64,000 bases of DNA, taken from the NCBI GenBank assembly GCA_964525115.1, contig CAZGGB010000006.1:162-64161 (forward strand), written 5' to 3'. The notes under the pieces were generated by a model. That model was not told the DNA's origin and ran no database searches. It worked only from the letters and a program-made list of their open reading frames with translations. Both the position numbers and the translations under genes were made by a program. The DNA is from an uncultured Sangeribacter sp. (GTDB taxonomy: Bacteria; Bacteroidota; Bacteroidia; Bacteroidales; Muribaculaceae). The number at the start of each line of letters is the position of its first letter. The first letter of the stretch is position 1. Below are positions 1 through 8,372 of the stretch, piece by piece.

Positions 1-287
1 CCTTATCCTCTAAATCTCGGAGGGAAGCTGAGGCAACCTCTCTCCTATTTCCGAATTTCTCAGCACCGCTTTATCCAAACGTCTCGGAACGGGGCAATGG
101 AGCGATGTCTCGTTCTACTCACTTTGAGCAGAATAAAGGGATCCTACTGTACTTCAGATCACGCAGCGAGAGCGTAATTGTTATTTTCGCCAATTATAGT
201 TCGATACGTCGGTATTAAAGAGCTTACGCATCAAGGCTCTGCATGCTTGCTTACCGCTTCTACACGCTGTCAAAGCCAGTCACCCCC
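1..287 (-). ncRNA. ssrA: tmRNA, 5' portion (3' end lies beyond the window edge)
   Basis: Minus strand begins GGGGGTGACTGGCTTTGACAGC (tRNA-Ala-like 5' end) and carries the tag frame GGC GAA AAT AAC AAT TAC GCT CTC GCT GCG TGA = GENNNYALAA* at 191..159, ending in the canonical YALAA degron. Confidence 0.95.
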
Positions 288-354
288 CATTAAATGGTGG
301 TTGCAATTGCGGTTGCATGATATTAAACGTATAGAAAAGGTTATTTGTTTAAAG

Positions 355-387
355 AAATCGGAGAAATTTTTAAAATTTCTCCGATTT
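355..387. terminator. 15-bp perfect hairpin just after the glnS stop
   Basis: AAATCGGAGAAATTT-tta-AAATTTCTCCGATTT. Confidence 0.65.
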
Positions 388-396
388 TAATATATT

Positions 397-2100
397 TTAA
401 CCTTTCTTCTGTTCCTTTGCCCATGTATCGCGCAGTCCGATAGTCTTATTGAATACCAGATGATCGTCAGTGCTATCCGGGTCAACAGTATAATAGCCCA
501 AACGCTGGAACTGGAAGTGGTCGCCAGGTTTAGCATTCTCAGCAAGCCAAGGCTCGACCATGACATTTTCTCTTATCTTAAGAGAATCAGGATTGAGAAG
601 ATCGCGGAAATCACCTTCTTCTGCTGAGGGATTCTCAACAGAGAAAAGTCGATCATAGTCGCGCACCTCAACCTTAACAGCAGTCGGAACATTGACCCAA
701 TGAAGAGTTCCTTTCACTTTTCTATCTGCACCTGGAAGACCATTGCGAGTTTCAAAGTCAACGTCGGCATGAATAGCAGTTATATTGCCATCTGCATCCT
801 TGTCCACACCGGTACACTTAACAATGTAAGCACCCTTAAGTCGAACCTCATTGCCCGGACTCATTCGGAAGAACTTCTTTGGAGGATTTTCCATAAAGTC
901 TTCGCGTTCGATCCAAAGTTCGCGACTGAACGGCATCTCGTGCTTGCCGGCGTTAGGATCTTCGGGATTTGAGTCGAGAAGCATTGTCTCAGTCTTATCT
1001 TGCGGATAGTTGTCGAGAATGAGTTTGACCGGGTTCTGAACAGCACATACTCGAGTAGCAGTTGCATTAAGGTCTTCACGTACAGAATGCTCAAGAAGCT
1101 CAATGTGATTGAGAGCTTCATATTTGGTGTAGCCTATCCGATTGACAAAATTCTTTATCGCCGACGGAGTATAACCACGTCGACGCAGGCCACATAATGT
1201 AGGCATGCGAGGGTCATCCCATCCTCTGACAAGACCCTCCTTCACAAGCTGCAAAAGCTTGCGCTTGCTCATCACGGTATACGTCAAGTTAAGACGATTG
1301 AACTCAATCTGACGAGGACAATAAGTTTCATCAGCAAGTTCTTTCACAAAATACTCGTAAAGCGGACGATGAGGTACGAATTCAAGAGTACAAATTGAGT
1401 GAGTCACTCCTTCAAAATAATCACTCTGTCCATGAGCAAAGTCATACATTGGATATACTTTCCAAGTATCACCGGTGCGCCAGTGAGGAGTTTTAATAAT
1501 ACGATACATGATGGGATCGCGGAAGTGCATATTATCGCTTGCCATATCAATCTTCGCACGAAGCACCATTGACCCTTCTTCGAACTCACCACGATTCATA
1601 GCCTCAAAAAGACGGAGATTTTCTTCTATAGGACGGTCACGGAAAGGGGAATTTTGTCCGGGTTGAGTTGGAGTACCCTTTTGACGGGCAATTTCTTCGC
1701 TTGATTGCTCATCCACATAAGCCTTTCCTTCTTTAATCATTCTCACAGCAAGATCCCAAAGCTGTGGAAAATAATCGGAAGCATAATAAAGTCGGTCGCC
1801 CCAATCAAAACCAAGCCAATGGATATCTCGTTTTATAGCCTCAACATACTCAGTATCCTCCTTCTGAGGATTCGTGTCGTCGAAGCGAAGGTTGCAGGTG
1901 CCACCAAACTTTTCAGCTGCGCCGAAATCCATGATGATAGCTTTGGCATGTCCTATGTGGAGATAACCATTAGGCTCAGGTGGGAATCGGGTATTAAGTC
2001 TACCACCGTTTTTTCCAGCCTCAAGATCCTCTTTAATGTATTGCTCTACAAAGTTAAGGCCTGATTCATTCTCTTTGATTTCTTCAGTTGTTTCTGCCAT
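397..2100 (-). CDS. glnS: Glutamine--tRNA ligase
   Basis: TRFPPEPNGYLHIGH (HIGH), LRFDDTNP, VMSKRKL, WDDPRMPT, FQFQRLGYY. ATG at 2100 preferred over the track's TTG at 2139. Confidence 0.97.
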   Translation of the reverse strand: MAETTEEIKENESGLNFVEQYIKEDLEAGKNGGRLNTRFPPEPNGYLHIGHAKAIIMDFGAAEKFGGTCNLRFDDTNPQKEDTEYVEAIKRDIHWLGFDWGDRLYYASDYFPQLWDLAVRMIKEGKAYVDEQSSEEIARQKGTPTQPGQNSPFRDRPIEENLRLFEAMNRGEFEEGSMVLRAKIDMASDNMHFRDPIMYRIIKTPHWRTGDTWKVYPMYDFAHGQSDYFEGVTHSICTLEFVPHRPLYEYFVKELADETYCPRQIEFNRLNLTYTVMSKRKLLQLVKEGLVRGWDDPRMPTLCGLRRRGYTPSAIKNFVNRIGYTKYEALNHIELLEHSVREDLNATATRVCAVQNPVKLILDNYPQDKTETMLLDSNPEDPNAGKHEMPFSRELWIEREDFMENPPKKFFRMSPGNEVRLKGAYIVKCTGVDKDADGNITAIHADVDFETRNGLPGADRKVKGTLHWVNVPTAVKVEVRDYDRLFSVENPSAEEGDFRDLLNPDSLKIRENVMVEPWLAENAKPGDHFQFQRLGYYTVDPDSTDDHLVFNKTIGLRDTWAKEQKKG

Positions 2101-2119
2101 AATTGGATTAAATTTACTG

Positions 2120-2156
2120 ATCAACCAAGAGCCCTTCAAAGGAGCTCGTCGTTGAT
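2120..2156 (-). promoter_or_regulatory. glnS 5'-leader hairpin with tRNA-Gln anticodon-like loop
   Basis: mRNA AUCAAC-GAC-GAGCUC[CUUUGAA]GGGCUC-UUG-GUUGAU; the G-U pair forms only on the mRNA strand. Confidence 0.6.
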
Positions 2157-2175
2157 TCCTGCGTTAATTTAGATG

Positions 2176-2183
2176 CAAAATTA
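2176..2183 (-). promoter_or_regulatory. Bacteroidetes -7 promoter element (glnS)
   Basis: TAATTTTG matches TAnnTTTG. Confidence 0.7.
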
Positions 2184-2200
2184 ATAAATTAAGGTGTAAC

Positions 2201-2237
2201 AACAAAAAAAATGCGACAATAGCCGCATTTTTTTGTT
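2201..2237 (-). terminator. Intrinsic terminator of the ECF sigma gene (bidirectional shape)
   Basis: A-tract-ATGCG...CGCAT-T-tract. Confidence 0.7.
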
Positions 2238-2320
2238 TAATACATTTATTAATTAGAATACATCTCACAAAATTTCGGCTACCCTGAGGCTTAGAAATTT
2301 TATGAGATTTGGTATTAATT

Positions 2321-2818
2321 TTATGAAAGAGCCGCACGAAGACGCTTGCGAGCGAAAAAGATACGGCTTTTCACCGTGCCAACAGGAAGGTTGAGCTCCT
2401 CAGCAATCTCGCTGTATTTATATCCGGCAACGTGCATGTTGAAAGGAACACGGAATTCATCGTCGAAAGTAGCAAGGATTTCATTGATTTCCTTGACAGT
2501 CATACTTCCATCAGGGGTTTCGAGAGCTGATTCCTGAGATGTATTTAGATGATAGAGATCTTCTGTAGTGTCAACTAAAGTTGCCTGGCGAACGGTCTTG
2601 CGATAGTTGTTGATGAAAATATTACGCATGATCGTCATCACCCAACCCTTGAAATTGGCATCGGAAGTAAATTTTTCTTCATTGTCGAGTGCCTTGAGGG
2701 TAGTATCCTGAAGAAGATCTGCAGCAGCATCGTGATCAGCTGTAAGCTGATAGGCGAAATTCATCAGATTCGACTGAAGATTGATGAGGTTCTTGCGGAA
2801 TGAGTTATTAGATGCCAT
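2321..2818 (-). CDS. ECF RNA polymerase sigma-70 factor
   Basis: Region 2 (DLLQDT..KA; NFKGWVMTIMRNIFINNYRK) and region 4 (YSEIAEELNLPVGTVKSRIFFAR); ATG at 2818. Confidence 0.93.
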   Translation of the reverse strand: MASNNSFRKNLINLQSNLMNFAYQLTADHDAAADLLQDTTLKALDNEEKFTSDANFKGWVMTIMRNIFINNYRKTVRQATLVDTTEDLYHLNTSQESALETPDGSMTVKEINEILATFDDEFRVPFNMHVAGYKYSEIAEELNLPVGTVKSRIFFARKRLRAALS

Positions 2819-2873
2819 TTTGTTGTTGATAATAAAATTGTTTATAAATAGATTTTTGTTCTTGTTCACTTCT

Positions 2874-2901
2874 ATAACGTAAGATCATTTTTAATTGTTT
2901 C
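2874..2901 (-). promoter_or_regulatory. ECF-type promoter GAAAC-N17-CGTTAT upstream of the sigma gene
   Basis: AAC/CGT architecture typical of ECF promoters; same motif at 7637 and 40083. Confidence 0.6.
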
Positions 2902-3073
2902 AACTATTTTTTCAAAAAGTGCCAATTTTGATGAACTTTTTCATATATAATTAAATATCAATAATTTATAAGCGATTAAATTAATATATCATTTGTAAAA
3001 CAACGTGAAATGTCGCTGTAACAAATTTGAAACAAAGTTGTTCGATAGTATTGGGAGAATGGGAATTTTTTGC

Positions 3074-3081
3074 TAATTTTG
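3074..3081 (+). promoter_or_regulatory. -7 promoter element (helicase-lon)
   Basis: TAATTTTG. Confidence 0.7.
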
Positions 3082-3090
3082 CAGAATAAA

Positions 3091-4380
3091 ATGAAAATGA
3101 TGAGATTTGATCAACTTCTTGAAAACGACGATCTGCTTGATGCACTATGGGACATGCACTTTGATGAGTGCACTCCTATCCAAGAGCAGGCAATACCGGC
3201 AGTTATAGACGGACGCGATCTCTTGGCTTGTGCTCAGACGGGGACAGGAAAAACAGCTGCATATCTTCTTCCGGTGATTGATATTCTATCTACTTATCAA
3301 TATCCTCAGGATGCTGTCAACTGTGTGATCATGGCACCAACTCGAGAACTTGCACAACAAATAGACCAGCAGATGCAAGGCTTCTCATATTTCCTACCCA
3401 TTAGTAGCATGCCAGTGTATGGAGGCACAGACGGACATACTTACGACCAACAACGGCGCAGTCTAAAAGCAGGTGCTGATGTCGTGATTGCTACTCCCGG
3501 CAGACTGCTTGCTCATCTTTCGATGGGATATGTAGATCTATCAAAAGTATCATTTTTCATTCTTGATGAAGCCGACAGGATGCTCGATATGGGATTTTAC
3601 GATGATATAATGCAGATAGTGGGGCGCCTGCCAAAAGAGAGACAGACTCTTCTTTTCAGTGCTACTATGCCTCCAAAGATACAGCAACTTGCCAACAATA
3701 TCCTTAACAATCCTCATGTGATAAAGCTTGCAGTATCGAAGCCGGCTGAAAAAATAAGGCAGCAAGCATATGTCTGCTATGAAATTCAAAAACTACCTAT
3801 TCTCCAATCCATATTCAAAAATAACCCTCCTGATAAAGTTATAGTATTTTCTTCATCAAAACTAAAAGTCAAAGAACTTGCCAAAACTTTAAAGAAGGAA
3901 CACTATAAGGTCGGAGAAATGCATTCCGATCTCGAGCAGGATAAACGTGAAGACGTGATTATTGATTTCAAAAGTGGAAAGATTAATGTTCTTGTTGCTA
4001 CAGATATAATGTCGCGTGGGATTGATATCGACGATATAGAACTTGTAGTGAACTATGATGTGCCTCGCGAATCAGAAGATTATGTGCACCGTATCGGAAG
4101 AACTGCACGTGCTGATAAGGAAGGTAAGGCCATTACTTTCATTTCAGAGAAGGAAATATTCAGTTTCAAGAAAATAGAAAAATTCCTTGAAATAGAAGTT
4201 GAGAAAGTTGAAATTCCAGCTGAACTCGGAGAAGGCCCTGCCTACGTCTCGAAGAAAAGTAACCGTCGCACCAATCACCATAAAAGGACTAATTATCATC
4301 ATAGAAAGAAAAAGGAATCCGCAAAAAATTCCGGCAATCAAAACCGAAGCAATAAGAAAAATAAGCTTGTAGAATCATGA
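3091..4380 (+). CDS. DEAD-box RNA helicase
   Basis: Q motif TPIQ, AQTGTGKT, PTRELA, TPGRL, DEAD, SAT, HRIGRT; basic C-terminal tail. Start is one of ATG 3091/3097/3100. Confidence 0.95.
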   Translation: MKMMRFDQLLENDDLLDALWDMHFDECTPIQEQAIPAVIDGRDLLACAQTGTGKTAAYLLPVIDILSTYQYPQDAVNCVIMAPTRELAQQIDQQMQGFSYFLPISSMPVYGGTDGHTYDQQRRSLKAGADVVIATPGRLLAHLSMGYVDLSKVSFFILDEADRMLDMGFYDDIMQIVGRLPKERQTLLFSATMPPKIQQLANNILNNPHVIKLAVSKPAEKIRQQAYVCYEIQKLPILQSIFKNNPPDKVIVFSSSKLKVKELAKTLKKEHYKVGEMHSDLEQDKREDVIIDFKSGKINVLVATDIMSRGIDIDDIELVVNYDVPRESEDYVHRIGRTARADKEGKAITFISEKEIFSFKKIEKFLEIEVEKVEIPAELGEGPAYVSKKSNRRTNHHKRTNYHHRKKKESAKNSGNQNRSNKKNKLVES

Positions 4381-6812
4381 GCCATAAGCAAACTGACTAT
4401 AAAACATATAAATCCTACGAGTCCATGAGTACCGCTAATCCTGTCAACGGCATAATGTCGGAAGTGGCACCCGATTTCAATTTTGATAACACCGTCATCA
4501 ATGAGCGTCACATCCCTGTGGTGCCTGTACGCAATATTGTATTGTATCCGTTCATAACAGTTCCACTTTCGGTCACAGATCATTCAGTGCTTGATGTTCT
4601 CGACATGGCTCAAAAGAACCATGAAGCCGTTCTTACTCTTACAGTCAAAAATGACGTAGAAAAAATAACGACAAAGGATCTTTACAGAATAGGTGTAGTC
4701 TGTGTTGTAGCAAGGATTATGGAAATGCCCGACGGAAGTTATACCGCTTTTATGGTTGCCGCCAACAGGGTAAAGGCAAATAGAATAACAACCAAGGAAA
4801 ATGGCTTTTTTGCAAGTATCGAGTACATTCCGGAAATAATGCCTGAGAAAGAAGATATGGAGCTTGCAGCCATATTCTCTTCTGTAAATGATGCTTTCAC
4901 TGAGATACTTGGTCTTTTCGGGGAGGAAGAGACAAAAGATCTCAGGTTTGCCTTATCACAATTCAGTAGTCCGTTTAAGTTGATTAATTTCATAATATGC
5001 AACTCCCCTCTCACACTTGAAGACAAACAGAAACTTCTTGAAGAATCTGATATCAAAATGCGATGTTCGGCACTCTTGCACATGCTTGACAAAGCTTATC
5101 AGATGCTTCAGTTAAAAGTTGATATCCAAGAACGCACAAGAGAAGACTTGACAAAACAACAACGTGATCAATTTCTTCAGCAACAGCTCCGTGCAATAAA
5201 AGAGGAACTTGGCGACATGCCTGAAGATAGTGATGAAGCGGAACTTTTGGCTAAGGCTGAAAAAAAGCAATGGGGAAAAGAAATAGAAAACCATTTCAAT
5301 AAGGAATTGAAAAAACTTGGACGGTTCATAGCGTCAACTCCTGAATATGGCATACAATATACCTATTTAAATACACTTCTGTCACTTCCTTGGGACAAGA
5401 AGAAAGAAACCTCTATGGATCTGGAGCATGTAGAGGAAATATTAAACCGCGATCATTTTGGACTTGGAAAGATCAAAGATAGGATTCTTGAGCAAGTAGC
5501 TGTAATGAAACTTCGTGGAGACATGAAAGCTCCGATTCTTTGCCTCTATGGCCCCCCGGGTGTTGGAAAGACATCTCTTGGAAAGTCTGTTGCAGAAGCT
5601 CTCGGGAGGGATTATGCTCGCATTTCTCTTGGAGGACTTCATGATGAAGCGGAGATTCGTGGACATCGTCGCACTTACATAGGAGCTATGCCGGGAAGAA
5701 TAATTGCAGCTCTTGAAAAGACTGAGAGCAATAACCCGGTGATAGTGCTTGATGAGATTGATAAAATAAGCAAGGATATTAAAGGGGATCCTTCAGCAGC
5801 TCTTCTTGAAGTGCTTGATCCGGAACAAAATTCACATTTTCATGATAATTATGTAGATGTTGATTATAATCTGTCGGATATACTTTTTATAGCTACTGCC
5901 AATACACTTGATTCCATTTCGGCTCCACTTTTAGACCGTATGGAGGTCATAGAAGTCTCCGGATATATAGTAGAGGAGAAAATTGAGATTGCTAAGCGTC
6001 ATCTTTTGCCTAAAGCATTGGTTGAACTTGGATTTGAAAAAGATGATGTAAAAATCTCTGATGAAAGCATAAAGTTTATAATTGAATATTATACCAGAGA
6101 ATCAGGAGTCCGCCAACTTGATAAAACAATCAGAACACTTTTGCGACGTCTTGCTATATATAAGGCAACCGATAAAAAACTGCCTAATCTGATTGAATCA
6201 AAAGAAATTAAAAATATCTTGGGAAAAGAGAAGCATGTAAGCGAGCTATATGAAGGGAATGTTTATATAGGAGTGGTGACAGGATTAGCTTGGACAGCAG
6301 CTGGAGGAGAAATTTTATTCATAGAATCCTCACTTTCCAAAGGGAAAGGTGAAAAATTAACCCTTACCGGCAATCTTGGAGATGTCATGAAGGAGTCAGC
6401 CACAATAGCCCTTGAATATATTAAGGCACATGCTGAGGATTTAGGTATTGATGAGAAAAAGTTGAATGATTATAATGTTCATATTCATGTGCCAGAAGGA
6501 GCAATTCCAAAAGATGGCCCTTCGGCCGGCATTACAATGGTGACATCACTCGTATCATCATATACAGGTAGGAAAGTAAGGGAAAGAGTAGCGATGACAG
6601 GAGAAATGACTTTGCGCGGCAAGGTGCTACCCGTGGGAGGCATTAAAGAAAAAATCCTTGCAGCGAAAAGAGCTGGAATTACTGACATCATAATCTCTTC
6701 AGAAAATCGCAGGGATATAGACGAAATAGACAAAATTTACGTTGATGGTATTAATTTCTTATATGTCAATAAAATAGAAGAAGTGATCAATTTCGCTATT
6801 CTTAGAGATTAA
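4377..6812 (+). CDS. lon: Lon protease
   Basis: LON N-domain, GPPGVGKT, IRGHRRTYIGAMPG, PKDGPSAG, PVGGIKEK; ATGA overlap with the helicase. Confidence 0.97.
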   Translation: MSHKQTDYKTYKSYESMSTANPVNGIMSEVAPDFNFDNTVINERHIPVVPVRNIVLYPFITVPLSVTDHSVLDVLDMAQKNHEAVLTLTVKNDVEKITTKDLYRIGVVCVVARIMEMPDGSYTAFMVAANRVKANRITTKENGFFASIEYIPEIMPEKEDMELAAIFSSVNDAFTEILGLFGEEETKDLRFALSQFSSPFKLINFIICNSPLTLEDKQKLLEESDIKMRCSALLHMLDKAYQMLQLKVDIQERTREDLTKQQRDQFLQQQLRAIKEELGDMPEDSDEAELLAKAEKKQWGKEIENHFNKELKKLGRFIASTPEYGIQYTYLNTLLSLPWDKKKETSMDLEHVEEILNRDHFGLGKIKDRILEQVAVMKLRGDMKAPILCLYGPPGVGKTSLGKSVAEALGRDYARISLGGLHDEAEIRGHRRTYIGAMPGRIIAALEKTESNNPVIVLDEIDKISKDIKGDPSAALLEVLDPEQNSHFHDNYVDVDYNLSDILFIATANTLDSISAPLLDRMEVIEVSGYIVEEKIEIAKRHLLPKALVELGFEKDDVKISDESIKFIIEYYTRESGVRQLDKTIRTLLRRLAIYKATDKKLPNLIESKEIKNILGKEKHVSELYEGNVYIGVVTGLAWTAAGGEILFIESSLSKGKGEKLTLTGNLGDVMKESATIALEYIKAHAEDLGIDEKKLNDYNVHIHVPEGAIPKDGPSAGITMVTSLVSSYTGRKVRERVAMTGEMTLRGKVLPVGGIKEKILAAKRAGITDIIISSENRRDIDEIDKIYVDGINFLYVNKIEEVINFAILRD

Positions 6813-6839
6813 AATGTAATAAGTTTTTTTAACTATATT

Positions 6840-6874
6840 ATCGTGTTTCTTATTTGGAAACACGATTTTTTTTT
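6840..6874 (+). terminator. Intrinsic terminator after lon
   Basis: ATCGTGTTTC...GAAACACGAT followed by a T run. Confidence 0.8.
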
Positions 6875-6876
6875 AG

Positions 6877-6884
6877 TAACTTTG
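6877..6884 (+). promoter_or_regulatory. -7 promoter element (second sigma gene)
   Basis: TAACTTTG. Confidence 0.65.
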
Positions 6885-6976
6885 CACAATAAAATAAGGA
6901 AAATAACGTACAGGATAAAAATTAAAACTAATAGCCTATCGAAAGAAATATACTTAACGTATTAATCAACAAGAAA

Positions 6977-7567
6977 ATGGCAAACTATGGAAGCATGACC
7001 GACGAACAATTGGTCAGAGCTTACGCGGAAGGCAACAATGAGGCTTTCGACTCGCTGCTCAAGCGTCATCAAGACAAGACATTCAACTATATCCTCCGTG
7101 TCGTCAAGAACGAGGATGTAGCCAACGACATATTTCAGGAAACCTTCGTGAAGGCAATCCTGACTATCAAACAGGGACGTTACACTGAGAACGGAAAGTT
7201 TCCCGCATGGATTTCGAGAATAGCACACAACCTAATCATTGACTATTATCGACAGGAAAAATCCGAAAATATGCAGAGTACGGATATTGAGGATATAGAC
7301 ATTCTCAATAAAAAGGAACTGTGTGAAGGCACGATCGAAGATCGTATAATCTCTGATCAAATCAGAGACGATGTGAAAATGCTTGTCACTCAACTTCCAG
7401 ACCTGCAACGCGAGGTTCTGACTATGCGTTACTATAAGAATCTCTCATTTAAAGAGATTGCAGAGAAAACAGGTGTAAGCATTAATACTGCACTAGGCAG
7501 AATGCGATATGCCATTATCAATCTTCGCAGAATTGCACAGGAGAAAGACGTGGCGCTTACATTCTAA
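6977..7567 (+). CDS. ECF sigma-70 factor, Bacteroidetes SigH-like
   Basis: TDEQLV, ANDIFQETFVK, GKFPAWISRIAHNL, SFKEIAEKTGVSINTALGRMRYA; SigH-like assignment is from recalled resemblance. Confidence 0.9.
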   Translation: MANYGSMTDEQLVRAYAEGNNEAFDSLLKRHQDKTFNYILRVVKNEDVANDIFQETFVKAILTIKQGRYTENGKFPAWISRIAHNLIIDYYRQEKSENMQSTDIEDIDILNKKELCEGTIEDRIISDQIRDDVKMLVTQLPDLQREVLTMRYYKNLSFKEIAEKTGVSINTALGRMRYAIINLRRIAQEKDVALTF

Positions 7568-7590
7568 AAGATAATTATTCATTATTGACA

Positions 7591-7633
7591 TAAGGCGGAT
7601 GCAATGACAAAAATGTCGTTGCATCCGCCTTTA
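7591..7633 (+). terminator. Long hairpin/terminator after the sigma gene
   Basis: AAGGCGGATGCAATGACA...TGTCGTTGCATCCGCCTT. Confidence 0.65.
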
Positions 7634-7636
7634 TAG

Positions 7637-7664
7637 TAAACATTATTTACTATAAAGGCGTTAT
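7637..7664 (+). promoter_or_regulatory. ECF-type promoter TAAAC-N17-CGTTAT
   Basis: Same motif and spacing as 2874-2901; 30 nt upstream of ATG 7695. Confidence 0.6.
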
Positions 7665-7694
7665 ATTAGCAAACCCTAAAAAATACAAAATATT

Positions 7695-7988
7695 ATGAAA
7701 ACATTTGATAAAGCAATCAAAGAATCAAAACCTACTCTTGTAGTGTTTCTCCACCATGGAGGTCAGGATGTAGTGGAAGTTAAATACATCACTGACGATG
7801 TAAAATCAAAATATGCAGACAAAGCCAATGTGGTCAGGGCTGATGATCCATATGGAAAACTTAAAATCGAATATAAACTTGAGGAATATCCCACATACAT
7901 CCTTTTCAAGGAAGGTCAGGAACTCATGAGAGAAAGCGGAAGAAAAACCGAGACTGAGCTTAGTGAAATGATCGACCGAGCATTATAA
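7695..7988 (+). CDS. Thioredoxin-fold protein lacking CxxC
   Basis: PTLVVF..., YPTYILFKEG (cis-Pro loop), R.SG; HHGG where WCxxC is expected; no Cys. Confidence 0.8.
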   Translation: MKTFDKAIKESKPTLVVFLHHGGQDVVEVKYITDDVKSKYADKANVVRADDPYGKLKIEYKLEEYPTYILFKEGQELMRESGRKTETELSEMIDRAL

Positions 7989-7992
7989 AAAA

Positions 7993-8035
7993 ATGAGTTT
8001 GAAGAAACAAAAATCTTCAAACTCAATTTTTATTT
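7993..8035 (+). terminator. Intrinsic terminator
   Basis: TGAGTTTGAAGA...TCTTCAAACTCA plus T-rich tail. Confidence 0.7.
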
Positions 8036-8102
8036 AGTAATTCCACAATATAAGAAGCGAATGTCGCGTTATTTAGATGTAATTATTAAATACATCTTGC
8101 CT

Positions 8103-8255
8103 ATGACAAACGGTTCTACTACCATTTTGTCATCATCATCAGTTCAACAGTCTATGAAATCACCACGTAAAATTACAATTGAAATGATCCGACAATTTGC
8201 ACGGACATGTATCTCTCTCAAAGACATGAACTTTGATGTAATGATGGCCAACTGA
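8103..8255 (+). CDS. Small (50 aa) hypothetical protein
   Basis: MTNGST...SPRKITIEMIRQFAR...MMAN; has its own candidate promoter and terminator; resembles small Bacteroidetes proteins ending in 'xN'. Confidence 0.65.
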   Translation: MTNGSTTILSSSSVQQSMKSPRKITIEMIRQFARTCISLKDMNFDVMMAN

Positions 8256-8259
8256 AATT

Positions 8260-8287
8260 AAAAGCACTCCTTAATTGGAGTGCTTTT
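8260..8287. terminator. Bidirectional terminator between the small ORF and rlmD
   Basis: AAAAGCACTCC-ttaatt-GGAGTGCTTTT. Confidence 0.8.
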
Positions 8288-8372
8288 ATCGTTTTTAGAA
8301 ATTATAAGAGCCCAACTCAAATTTATGAGATAGGCTCTTAGTCTTTAACTCTGTGTCATCAAGAATGTCCTG

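Noticed and set aside
178-390. 70-aa plus-strand ORF
   Set aside because: Antisense to tmRNA and its upstream region; no protein-like features
2101-2139. N-terminal extension of GlnS from TTG 2139
   Set aside because: The TTG lies in the leader hairpin loop; ATG 2100 gives a typical N-terminus
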